53,512 nucleotides of DNA from Candidatus Woesearchaeota archaeon (lineage in GTDB: Archaea > Nanobdellota > Nanobdellia > Woesearchaeales > JACPBV01). Below the pieces are notes generated by a model. The model saw only the letters and a program-made list of their open reading frames with translations, had not been told where the DNA came from and did no database searches. Position numbers and translations under genes: made by a program. Of this stretch, positions 1 through 8,122 are shown piece by piece (the first letter of the stretch is position 1; every line of letters begins with the position of its first letter). The DNA is taken from positions 1 to 53,512 of the forward strand of contig JAHWHQ010000035.1 in assembly GCA_019323195.1 (NCBI GenBank), read 5' to 3'.

Positions 1-375
1 ATGGAGGTCGAGCATATAGGGCTGAGCAGCGACATAGCAGCTGCCCTGGCAGGAAGGCCTGAGATAGATACAACGTCAAAGGCTAACGACACCTATTCAG
101 AGGAGATTGCGCTGGCACAATATAATATGGCGCTGGCGCTTGCCAACCTTAATATATATGTCAGGAGGGGGTTTGCAGCAGATAATGAATTTGACCTTCC
201 TATAATAACATGCGGGGATGCAACACCTGCAGTACCTGTCATATATTTCATGAAATCAGACCAGACAAATATCACTATGCAGGGAGGCTGCATCATCGCA
301 GAGGCAAGAAGCGGCGTTGACATATTGAGGATGAAGGACAGGATGCTTTATTCTGCTCTTGGCATAATGAGGTGA
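1..375 (+). CDS. hypothetical protein (possibly 5'-truncated by window edge); paralogue of next ORF
   Basis: Open frame from base 1 to TGA at 373-375. The C-terminal ~60 aa (LPIITCGDA...GGCIIAEARSGVDILRMKDRMLYSALGIMR) align by eye with the C-terminus of 382..1119. Confidence 0.5.
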   Translation: MEVEHIGLSSDIAAALAGRPEIDTTSKANDTYSEEIALAQYNMALALANLNIYVRRGFAADNEFDLPIITCGDATPAVPVIYFMKSDQTNITMQGGCIIAEARSGVDILRMKDRMLYSALGIMR

Positions 376-381
376 TACCTT

Positions 382-1119
382 TTGGAAGATGTTAATGAGG
401 CTGAGAAAAAGGATGAAGAGATAAAGGAGACAGAGGAGACGAAAGAGACAAAAAAGGAGACAGAAGAGGAAAAAAAGGTATCTGACTGGATGCTGGTGGC
501 TTCTGTTGTTATACTTATCCTTATCATAGGGGTTATAATCGGCCTTAGGTTCTTCAGGAGGCAGGAGGTAATGACAGTACGTGATATGCACCTATTGAAC
601 CTGGATGGGAAGCTGAAGCCCGAAGAGGGGTATATATACAACGGATATTCTTTTGTCTATGCAAACGGGCTTTGGTATACGCAGGTGCAGACAGCATCAG
701 GGACATCGCAGTTTGATATCCCGCTGCATTACGGGCCTGAGCAGCTGGAGGATGTTCCTGTCGAGGGGGAGCTTAATTATACACTGCTTGATTCTGTAAG
801 GGGCGTATATGTTACTTTCGATCCTTTGGGCCCTGAACTGCAGTATGTTGCACTGGCTGTGGGGGAGTTTGACCAGAGCATAACAAAGGCTTTCAATAAG
901 CTGCCTGTCGCTGCCTGCGACAGGAATGAGACAACAGCATGCGCAGGAAGGCCTATCATAACGTGCAATAACACGAAGAACCCTGTCTTTTACCTGCAGC
1001 AGGAGCCAGAGGCAAGGGTGATCCTTGATAACAACTGCATGATCGTCCAGGGAATAGGGCCTGAGATAGTTAGGGCTACTAACAGGCTGCTGCTTGGGCT
1101 TTACGGCATAATGCCATAA
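382..1119 (+). CDS. membrane-anchored hypothetical protein (acidic/Lys-rich N-terminus, one TM helix, Cys-containing C-terminal domain)
   Basis: 245-aa ORF with a TTG start in the track; the true start is uncertain. TM segment WMLVASVVILILIIGVIIGL. The C-terminal RPIITCNNT...RLLLGLYGIMP is shared with 1..375. Confidence 0.55.
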   Translation: MEDVNEAEKKDEEIKETEETKETKKETEEEKKVSDWMLVASVVILILIIGVIIGLRFFRRQEVMTVRDMHLLNLDGKLKPEEGYIYNGYSFVYANGLWYTQVQTASGTSQFDIPLHYGPEQLEDVPVEGELNYTLLDSVRGVYVTFDPLGPELQYVALAVGEFDQSITKAFNKLPVAACDRNETTACAGRPIITCNNTKNPVFYLQQEPEARVILDNNCMIVQGIGPEIVRATNRLLLGLYGIMP

Positions 1120-1181
1120 AAGAGGATATTGGAATTTCCTGCATTTAGGATGAGATTAAACATTTAGGGAGTGAGTTCTTT

Positions 1182-1772
1182 ATGGAACACTATTTTTCTG
1201 AAAAACAGACATCCAGGCTGAGGATAAAGGAGATAAATGAATCTTTAAGGGGGAATTCGTTTAGGTTTTGTACAGGATCAGGGGTCTTTTCTGTCGGAAA
1301 GGTGGATAAGGGGACAGAACTTCTGATAGAGAAATGCCTAATTAAGGAGGGATGGAGGATACTTGACATGGGCTGCGGCTATGGTGCTATCGGCATTTCT
1401 GTTGCAAAAGCATTCCCTTCAGCTAATATCCTCATGGCAGACATAAACCAGAGGGCTGTCAAGCTGAGCAGGAGGAATATTGGGCTGAATAAGGTGGGGA
1501 ATGCGGAAGCTGTGCAGTCTGACCTTTACAAGAGGATTGAAGGAAAGTTCGATTCGATAATAACAAACCCGCCGCAAAAGGCAGGAAAAAGTGTGTGCTT
1601 TGAGATAATAGAAAGGGCAAAGGATTATTTGAAAAAAGATGGCTTGCTGCAGATTGTTGCAAGGCATAACAAGGGCGGCAAAGAGCTTGAGAGAAAGATG
1701 AAAGAGGTTTTCGGAAATGCTGAGGACATAGCAAGAAAATCAGGGTACAGGGTTTATGTTTCTTGTAATTAA
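1182..1772 (+). CDS. class I SAM-dependent methyltransferase, small-domain (RsmC/RlmG-like) type
   Basis: Motif I ILDMGCGYGAIG and motif IV IITNPPQKAG. The ~196-aa length is typical of methyltransferase small domain proteins. Confidence 0.8.
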   Translation: MEHYFSEKQTSRLRIKEINESLRGNSFRFCTGSGVFSVGKVDKGTELLIEKCLIKEGWRILDMGCGYGAIGISVAKAFPSANILMADINQRAVKLSRRNIGLNKVGNAEAVQSDLYKRIEGKFDSIITNPPQKAGKSVCFEIIERAKDYLKKDGLLQIVARHNKGGKELERKMKEVFGNAEDIARKSGYRVYVSCN

Positions 1773-1923
1773 AGGGGCAGAAAGACTATTTTTTATGCAA
1801 GAAAAAATATAGCCTAAGGCGACAGTATGACGGAAGAAAACTTTTTGTCGAGCTAGGAGAGCTTTTTAGTAAATTATTCTAGTGGCTTTGGCGTTTTTTT
1901 TGGCTTTGTTTTGGGCTAAAAAC

Positions 1924-1940
1924 AGAAAGTTTTATATATT
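1924..1940 (+). promoter_or_regulatory. BRE/TATA-like promoter element upstream of the antitoxin gene
   Basis: AGAAAG followed by TTTTATATATT about 40 nt upstream of the ATG at 1974. An SD-like AAGGTGAT lies at 1963-1970. Confidence 0.4.
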
Positions 1941-1973
1941 AATACCATATTAATTTCATATTAAGGTGATATT

Positions 1974-2216
1974 ATGGTACAAGCAATAATAAACATTGAA
2001 GAAGAAACTAATAGAGTTTTGAATATAGTTAAGGCTAAATTTGGGCTAAAAGATAAAAGCGAAGCTATAAATATAATGGCTGAACAATACGAGCAAGAAC
2101 TTCTGGAACCTCAACTTAGACCAGAGTATTTAGAAAAGCTTAAGAAAATAAAGAAAGAGAGGGGAATTCGTTTCAAAAGCGTGGGCGAGTTGAGGAAACA
2201 TATAGAAAATGCGTGA
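1974..2216 (+). CDS. putative antitoxin (archaeal DUF2683-like small protein)
   Basis: 80-aa ORF MVQAIINIEEETNRVLNIVKAKFGLKDKSEAI... that overlaps the downstream RelE-like toxin gene by 8 nt. The family assignment is from memory. Confidence 0.6.
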   Translation: MVQAIINIEEETNRVLNIVKAKFGLKDKSEAINIMAEQYEQELLEPQLRPEYLEKLKKIKKERGIRFKSVGELRKHIENA

Positions 2217-2475
2217 ATTTGAAATCAAGCCAGAACTTAATAAAAAATTAGTTAAGCTATCCAAGAGGGACAAAAACAGATTCGAAGCAGTGATGAAGAA
2301 AATTGAAGAAGTAGTAAGTTCTGGTGACATTGAACATTATAAGAATTTACGATATGACATGAAAGATTCTAAAAGAGTTCATATTGGTCATTTTGTTTTA
2401 ATCTTTAGTTATGATAAATCTAATGATTTTGTGTCATTTGAAGACTATGACCATCATGATAACATATATGGATAA
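2209..2475 (+). CDS. RelE/ParE-family toxin
   Basis: 88 aa. The C-terminal KRVHIGHFVLIFSYDKSNDFVSFEDYDHHDNIY matches the RelE-type core pattern (R.HIG.F.LIF ... DY.HHD.IY). Translationally coupled to 1974..2216. Confidence 0.6.
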   Translation: MREFEIKPELNKKLVKLSKRDKNRFEAVMKKIEEVVSSGDIEHYKNLRYDMKDSKRVHIGHFVLIFSYDKSNDFVSFEDYDHHDNIYG

Positions 2476-2586
2476 AGCCCAAAACCCTTTCCAGATTTAG
2501 CCGATTTTTTTATTGAGTTTATCATATCCTAAGGTGTTGCTTTACGCACCGACCCCTACGAAGCGGGGGGAGGGAAGTATGACGGA

Positions 2587-2612
2587 GGGACGTAACATAT
2601 TCTAGGGGCGAC
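2587..2612. repeat. left arm of bipartite inverted repeat flanking the AT-rich ORF 2602..3078
   Basis: GGGACGTAAC...GGGCGAC. Its reverse complement GTCGCCC-(9 nt)-GTTACGTCCC matches 3121..3144, which reads GTCGCCC-(7 nt)-GTTACGTCCC. Confidence 0.5.
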
Positions 2613-3078
2613 TTTCTCCACTCCTCTTGAGTTTGAAATTGTCATACATCTTCTTTAGAAATATAGTTGGTAAGATTATATGCAACATATAAAATATAAC
2701 ATCAAATTTTTGAATTATATTTGATTTTTGGATAGCTATATCAAATGGATATATTGAGTTATATACTGATAACACTATATAGTAGACTACAAAAGCCCAT
2801 ATAACATAATAGAATGTGTAATATATTGGGATAAAAGAATAAGATTTTGGCATTTTTTTCAAAATAACCATTATTATAAAGAATAGACTTAAAATAAACA
2901 CAGTAGCAGCAATATAGTATAACCAATAATTTAACATAACAAATCCTACTTCCTGAAATTCTTTCCACTTAAGATATATGTCATAATTTCTAAATAACAC
3001 TGTAAATAAATCATGCAATCCAAGGTAGATAATTGCTACAAGATAAAGGATGTAAGTTATTTTAAGTCTCTTATCCAT
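2602..3078 (-). CDS. polytopic membrane protein, hypothetical (very AT-rich)
   Basis: 158-aa ORF with about 4-5 hydrophobic segments. Composition is markedly AT-richer than the flanks. Bracketed by the inverted repeat 2587..2612 / 3121..3144. Confidence 0.5.
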   Translation of the reverse strand: MDKRLKITYILYLVAIIYLGLHDLFTVLFRNYDIYLKWKEFQEVGFVMLNYWLYYIAATVFILSLFFIIMVILKKMPKSYSFIPIYYTFYYVIWAFVVYYIVLSVYNSIYPFDIAIQKSNIIQKFDVIFYMLHIILPTIFLKKMYDNFKLKRSGESRP

Positions 3079-3120
3079 ATTGATTATTCAAGTCTAATAT
3101 ATATAAATAAATATCTATAA

Positions 3121-3144
3121 GTCGCCCTCTTCGCGTTACGTCCC
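3121..3144. repeat. right arm of bipartite inverted repeat
   Basis: GTCGCCCTCTTCGCGTTACGTCCC. The 7-nt and 10-nt end blocks are perfectly complementary to 2587..2612. Confidence 0.5.
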
Positions 3145-3191
3145 GAGTAATATTTTGGGTAACAACCAATAAACGAACTGCTACCTCTCAA

Positions 3192-3563
3192 CTAAATAAC
3201 CCTGACACCTTCTCTTGTCAGGGCAACAAGCCTTATCCCCAGGCCGAGATGCAGAAGGGCAGAGATCACTGCCATGTGCTCCCTTCCTTCTCCTGATACG
3301 ATATTAAGGGCAACCTCCAGGTCGCTTATCTTCCCTTCTAACGCTTTCCTTATTTCAGCGGACATCTCTGTTATGGTCTTTCTTGTGTCGATTGCGATTA
3401 TCTCTACTTCTTTTCCTTTGTTGAGGTTTTTGCTTGTAAGCCTGTCCTTAAACAAGCTGGTCGTCACTAAGAAGACCTTATTCCATTCCATGCCTTCTAT
3501 TACCTTTGCAACATGCGCGGATGTCCCTTTTCCTTCGGATAAGCATGCGATCAAGTCTGTCAT
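3192..3563 (-). CDS. hypothetical protein with small Rossmann-like (CARF/Csa3-N-terminal-like?) domain
   Basis: 123 aa. The alternating beta/alpha pattern and the SGEGREHMAVISALLHLGLG segment resemble the N-terminal half of 19500..20144 by eye. No DNA-binding domain is attached. Confidence 0.5.
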   Translation of the reverse strand: MTDLIACLSEGKGTSAHVAKVIEGMEWNKVFLVTTSLFKDRLTSKNLNKGKEVEIIAIDTRKTITEMSAEIRKALEGKISDLEVALNIVSGEGREHMAVISALLHLGLGIRLVALTREGVRVI

Positions 3564-3628
3564 AATGCGGGGAAATCAGTAAGTTTTAAATAGTTTTTCT
3601 ATCCCATATTGCATAAGAGGTGGTTCAT

Positions 3629-4348
3629 ATGGGGCTTTTCAGCGCTAAGAAAGGTTTACGGAAACTGTGTATTTTAGGGTATATCATTCTGATATTTTCT
3701 GTTTTTATACTGCTGTCAGGATGCATCAAGGTGGAGCAGAGCGGGAGGAAAGTGGCTGAGTCAGAGGACGGGACTGTTGGATACTCCCCAAAGGCGGAAG
3801 AGGAGGCGGAGCCGGAAGAGCCTGAGGAGATTATTAAGATACCTAATGATATAAGGGAGATGCTTGAAAGGGCAGAGAATAAGCTTAAAAGCTATTCCTA
3901 TAATTATAAAGGGCCTGCGAGTGAAATCGCATACCAGGTTTATGTTAACGGGGATAACATGAAGATAGTGCTCCCAAAGGCGAATACCGAGGAAAAGGAC
4001 AAGCGGTATAATACTGTTTATCTTGATATGGCGGAGAAAACAGCACAGGCATACTGTATAGGGTATTCTGCATGCGAGGGCAAGACAGGGAAGATAAAAG
4101 ACCTTGATTATGGGGATACTTATATCGAAACGCCTAAGGACTGGCTTGATAAGATAGAGAGGACAGAGAAGATCGATGAAAGGCGGGTTGAAGGAAGGGA
4201 TGCTGTCTATCTGGAAACAAATGCAGGAAGGATGGTGATAGAGTCCTATTACGGCTTCCTTTACAAGGTGGAAGACGGAAGCAAGGTATGGGAGTTTACA
4301 GATGCTAAATTTAATTCTGTCGGGAAGGAGGATGTGATGCCTTCATAG
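3629..4348 (+). CDS. putative lipoprotein / secreted hypothetical protein
   Basis: ATG at 3629 preceded by AGAGGTGG; the track starts at a GTG at 3620. N-terminal TM followed by lipobox-like LLSGC, then an acidic linker EEEAEPEEPEE. Confidence 0.6.
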   Translation: MGLFSAKKGLRKLCILGYIILIFSVFILLSGCIKVEQSGRKVAESEDGTVGYSPKAEEEAEPEEPEEIIKIPNDIREMLERAENKLKSYSYNYKGPASEIAYQVYVNGDNMKIVLPKANTEEKDKRYNTVYLDMAEKTAQAYCIGYSACEGKTGKIKDLDYGDTYIETPKDWLDKIERTEKIDERRVEGRDAVYLETNAGRMVIESYYGFLYKVEDGSKVWEFTDAKFNSVGKEDVMPS

Positions 4349-4367
4349 CAGGCTGTGCTGTGATTTA

Positions 4368-4455
4368 GTAAAAGACAAAAGTTTTGCATAATTTTGTTTG
4401 TCTTTTACAACTTAGAAGACGAAATCTATCATGCATTACTTATGTCGTCTTCTAA
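4368..4455. repeat. double-hairpin intergenic element, copy A
   Basis: Hairpin 1 is GTAAAAGACAAA (4368-4379) / TTTGTCTTTTAC (4397-4408). Hairpin 2 is TTAGAAGACGA (4412-4422) / TCGTCTTCTAA (4445-4455). Same architecture and partial sequence as 11848..11935. Confidence 0.6.
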
Positions 4456-4497
4456 TTAAGGATAAGCTTTATAAAGTGCCTCTTATTAACCAGGACT

Positions 4498-4926
4498 ATG
4501 TTCAGAACAATATTTTTTCCGCTTAAGATGATGCTTATATTCCCGTTTCTGTTATTTGTCTTTATGTTCTGGGTGTGGATGCTTGTTGATTGTATCAGGT
4601 CTGAATTAAAGGATGCTGACAAGATAATATGGGTCCTTATCATATTCTTCTTTAGCTTTATAGGGGCCCTGATTTACCTTATCTTTGTGAAGCTTAACAG
4701 GAATTATAAAGGTATTTCGGTTAAAATGAAGACGGACAAAAAGATAAAGAAGCTTTATAGGAGCAGAAAAAACAGGATAATAGCAGGTGTCTGCGGAGGG
4801 ATCGGCGAATACTTTAATGTAGACCCTACGCTGATAAGGCTGTTGTGGGTATTTCTTATCTTTATAGGAGGATCAGGGATATTTGCCTATATCATAGCCT
4901 GGATAATAATGCCTGTCAGGGAATAA
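4498..4926 (+). CDS. PLD-N-terminal-like membrane domain fused to PspC domain protein
   Basis: The C-terminal RIIAGVCGGIGEYFNVDPTLIRLLWV is a typical PspC motif. The N-terminal FWVWMLVDCI...IIWVLIIFFFSFIGALIYLIF resembles the PLDc_N membrane domain. Confidence 0.75.
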   Translation: MFRTIFFPLKMMLIFPFLLFVFMFWVWMLVDCIRSELKDADKIIWVLIIFFFSFIGALIYLIFVKLNRNYKGISVKMKTDKKIKKLYRSRKNRIIAGVCGGIGEYFNVDPTLIRLLWVFLIFIGGSGIFAYIIAWIIMPVRE

Positions 4927-4927
4927 G

Positions 4928-5494
4928 ATGCTATTGACACTGATGGAGATAGTGGACATAGTAATAATGAGCTTTGCAATAGGCTATATCTTCTCTGATT
5001 TTTTTGTGAGGGAGCCTCTGGAGGGTTATGATCCACTGAAATACTACCAGAAAAAGCCGCTGTTTGAGAATATCAAGTTTGCAGCGATGATAGCTGCTCC
5101 TGCGGTTGTTTTTCACGAGCTGGCGCACAAGTTCGCAGCTATCATGTTCGGGGCGTCTGCCACCCTGCATGCTCCGTATTTCTGGTATGCTGCGGTTGTA
5201 CTGCTAAAGATGATGAACTTTCCGCTGCTGTTCTTTGTAGGAGGTTATGTGAGCCATACGCCTTTGCCGCCATTGCAGTCATCAATAGTGGCAATAGCAG
5301 GGCCGCTCATGAACCTTCTCTTATGGCTGCTTTCAATGGCAGTGGTCAAATACGGGCTGGTTGACAAGAGGTATTATAAGATAGTTGTTGCCATGGGGAA
5401 GATCAACCTGTTCCTGTGCGTGTTTAACATGCTGCCTCTGCCTGCATTTGACGGCTATCATTTCTTTTACGGGCTGTACAGGGCTTTTTTCTGA
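4928..5494 (+). CDS. site-2 protease family (M50) metalloprotease
   Basis: HELAH zinc motif inside a TM helix, and the NMLPLPAFDGYH motif near the C-terminus. Start is 1 nt after the upstream stop. Confidence 0.8.
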   Translation: MLLTLMEIVDIVIMSFAIGYIFSDFFVREPLEGYDPLKYYQKKPLFENIKFAAMIAAPAVVFHELAHKFAAIMFGASATLHAPYFWYAAVVLLKMMNFPLLFFVGGYVSHTPLPPLQSSIVAIAGPLMNLLLWLLSMAVVKYGLVDKRYYKIVVAMGKINLFLCVFNMLPLPAFDGYHFFYGLYRAFF

Positions 5495-5605
5495 AGGGAT
5501 GATTCAGGGAGTTAAGGCTAATGTGATTTTTTTAGGGAATTATATTATAAAATATATTAAATAATAGAAAGTATTATAAAGTACATAATGTAATATATTT
5601 CAAAA

Positions 5606-5749
5606 ATGGGCAAGAAGCCGATATCAGCAACCATTGATGAGGAGCTTATAGCCTGGATAGGCCAGAAGATAAAAGACAAGACAAGGTTCAGGAATAAGTC
5701 GCATCTTATCGAGATTGCGCTGGAAAGGCTTAGAAAAGAGGATAAGTGA
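5606..5749 (+). CDS. ribbon-helix-helix (CopG/Arc-like) protein
   Basis: 47-aa ORF not in the track: MGKKPISATIDEELIAWIGQKIKDKTRFRNKSHLIEIALERLRKEDK. This fits the RHH pattern of a beta strand followed by two helices. Lies directly upstream of the ATPase operon. Confidence 0.6.
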   Translation: MGKKPISATIDEELIAWIGQKIKDKTRFRNKSHLIEIALERLRKEDK

Positions 5750-5829
5750 GCAGCTGATATTGCGTAAGGCATTGCAGAATGGCTGTAAATAAAGGAATGA
5801 TATTATTATCTTAAAAAGAGGCTGGAAGA

Positions 5830-8115
5830 ATGGCTTTGTTCAATAAAAAACCTTTTTCATACGATATAATCAGGGAAGGGGAGGATGTTATCCTTCAGGT
5901 CAATTGCGAGAACTACTCAAGGGTGCCTTCCCTGGAGGATGACCCTGTCGCGATGTCCAAGACCATAGACATACTGAACCAGGTCGGGACGATAACAAAG
6001 ATCGTGTATTTCCAGAGGAGGAATATAGAGTATGACTACTCGCAGACAGCGCTTATAAAGGAGATAGGGGACCTCTACAAGAAACTGCTGAAGCAGAGGG
6101 AGATCTTCAGGTATGATGCGTTTGTCTATGACAGGGCGTGCACAAAATGCGTCGATAAGTGGTATTCTGACATGAGGGATGTGCTTTCAAACATGCTCAG
6201 GTCAGACCCGATAGGGGCCTATGTTGAGCTGAAGAGGATGCTGAGGGATGAGGGCATAAAAGAGCAGAAGGCAGCAGACCAGAGGTGCAGGAACTGCGAG
6301 AGGAAATACATGGCCCTGGTGAGCAGGGTTGCACAGCTTCTGGAGAAGACAAGGATAATATCGATAGCAAAGCCTCACCTTGCAGGCTATAAGGTGGGGT
6401 CAAGGGACGTGTACAGGATGATCTTTAAGCCGCTGATAAAGCCGGACTTTCTTTTCACGAAGCTCATGTCAAAGTTTCCTGAGGACGGGGAGGAGCTGGA
6501 CTCTTATATGGTAGACAATACTGAAATTACCATCTTTAACCTGCAGGATACTATACAGCACCTTTACCACATTAACCCTACTGAGTTCAGGCTTAGCGAG
6601 GACCAGTATGAGATACTTGATTCTGCAAGGAAGATAATGACAGAGCACAAGCCGAAAAGGTCTGAGTTTGTGGACCCTGAAAGGATGAGGGCTGTGTTCT
6701 ATAATATCGGCCATGACCTTATAGATGAGCTGGCAGAGTTCAAGAAGATAAGGATGACAAGCAGGGAGATAGACGAGCTTACAAACATCCTTGTAAGGTA
6801 TACAGTAGGGTTCGGCCTTATAGAGATCCTGCTGAAGGATGAGAAGATCCAGGACATAACGATAAACTCGCCGATGGGTGAGATGCCTATATTTGTCGTC
6901 CATGAGGAGTTCGGGGACTGCAAGACCAACATAATGCCTACAGGGACAGAGGCGGACTCATGGGCGTCAAAGCTGAGGATGATCTCAGGAAGGCCGCTTG
7001 ATGAGGCAAACCCGATACTGGATACAGAGCTTATAATACCTGGGGCAAGAAGCAGGGTCTCTGTAATAACATCCCCGCTGGACCCTACAGGACTGGCGTA
7101 CGCCTTCAGGAGGCACAGGGACAGGCCGTGGACACTTCCCCTGTTCATACATAATAAGATGCTGAACCCTTTAGGCGCAGGGGTGCTGAGCTTCCTTGTC
7201 GACGGGTCAAGGACGATGCTTGTTGCTGGGACAAGGTCTGCTGGAAAAACTTCGCTGCTTGGAGCGATGCTGACAGAGATCATGAGGAATTACCGCATAA
7301 TAACGATAGAGGATACGCTGGAGCTGCCGGGGGAGTCGTTGAGGAAATTAGGCTATAATATCCAGCAGATGAAGGTGGCCTCGGCGATGACAAAGGCTAC
7401 TGCAGAGGTTTCGGCAGAGGAGGGGATAAGGACGACGTTAAGGATGGGGGATTCATGCCTTATCGTGGGAGAGGTGAGGTCTTCAGAGGCAAGGTCACTT
7501 TACGAGGCGATGAGGGTAGGGGCACTGGCAAATGTGGTGGCAGGGACAATACACGGGGATTCGCCGTACGGGGTCTTTGACAGGGTTGTCAATGACCTGG
7601 AGGTGCCTAGGACAAGCTTTAAGGCTACGGACATAGTGGTGGTGGCAAACCCGATACGCTCGGCAGACGGCCTGCACAGATGGAGGAGGGTTACGCAGAT
7701 AACAGAGGTAAGGAAACACTGGGAGCAGGACCCCTTGCTTGAAAACGGGTTTTCTGACCTGATGAAGTATGACAGCAAATCAGACGAGCTGCAGCCGTCA
7801 GATGACATGATAAACGGCGAGTCTGAGATACTTAAGTCGATAGCAGGGTCTGTGAAGGAATGGGCAGGCAACTGGGATGCTGTGTGGGATAATATACTCC
7901 TGAGAACAAAAATTAAGGAGACTATAGTCGATTTTGCTGTAAAGCAGAAAGAGCTGTCGCTTCTTGAGGCGCCTTTTGTCATACAGTGCAATGACGAGTT
8001 TCATAAGATATCGGATAATGTGAAGGAAGAGATAGGGTCGTTGGATTCAAAAAGGATATTTTTCGAGTGGAACGAATGGCTCAGAAGAAGCATAAAAAAG
8101 AAAAAGATGAGCTAA
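5830..8115 (+). CDS. type II/IV secretion-family ATPase (archaeal FlaI/PilB-like) with long N-terminal extension
   Basis: Walker A GTRSAGKTS, Asp box IITIEDTLEL, Walker B CLIVGEVR and His box GTIHGDSP. 761 aa with about 450 aa before the ATPase core. Confidence 0.85.
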   Translation: MALFNKKPFSYDIIREGEDVILQVNCENYSRVPSLEDDPVAMSKTIDILNQVGTITKIVYFQRRNIEYDYSQTALIKEIGDLYKKLLKQREIFRYDAFVYDRACTKCVDKWYSDMRDVLSNMLRSDPIGAYVELKRMLRDEGIKEQKAADQRCRNCERKYMALVSRVAQLLEKTRIISIAKPHLAGYKVGSRDVYRMIFKPLIKPDFLFTKLMSKFPEDGEELDSYMVDNTEITIFNLQDTIQHLYHINPTEFRLSEDQYEILDSARKIMTEHKPKRSEFVDPERMRAVFYNIGHDLIDELAEFKKIRMTSREIDELTNILVRYTVGFGLIEILLKDEKIQDITINSPMGEMPIFVVHEEFGDCKTNIMPTGTEADSWASKLRMISGRPLDEANPILDTELIIPGARSRVSVITSPLDPTGLAYAFRRHRDRPWTLPLFIHNKMLNPLGAGVLSFLVDGSRTMLVAGTRSAGKTSLLGAMLTEIMRNYRIITIEDTLELPGESLRKLGYNIQQMKVASAMTKATAEVSAEEGIRTTLRMGDSCLIVGEVRSSEARSLYEAMRVGALANVVAGTIHGDSPYGVFDRVVNDLEVPRTSFKATDIVVVANPIRSADGLHRWRRVTQITEVRKHWEQDPLLENGFSDLMKYDSKSDELQPSDDMINGESEILKSIAGSVKEWAGNWDAVWDNILLRTKIKETIVDFAVKQKELSLLEAPFVIQCNDEFHKISDNVKEEIGSLDSKRIFFEWNEWLRRSIKKKKMS

Positions 8116-8122
8116 CCATAAA

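Noticed and set aside
1812-1819. The shared 8-mer GCCTAAGG between the 1.8-kb repeat and the MITE (reverse strand at 21440..21447), considered as evidence for one repeat family
   Set aside because: An 8-mer is expected about once by chance in a window of this size on two strands. Only the longer GTCGC...TACGTCC end similarity is mentioned, and that only cautiously.
5557-5772. 71-aa minus-strand ORF
   Set aside because: It overlaps a much more convincing plus-strand RHH gene (5606..5749) that sits in front of the ATPase operon.
6699-7991. Minus-strand ORFs 6699..7283 and 7500..7991, and similar long antisense ORFs (26242..26913 and 26366..26821 on the plus strand)
   Set aside because: They are antisense to the motif-rich ATPase genes (FlaI-like and HerA-like), and no independent signals support them.
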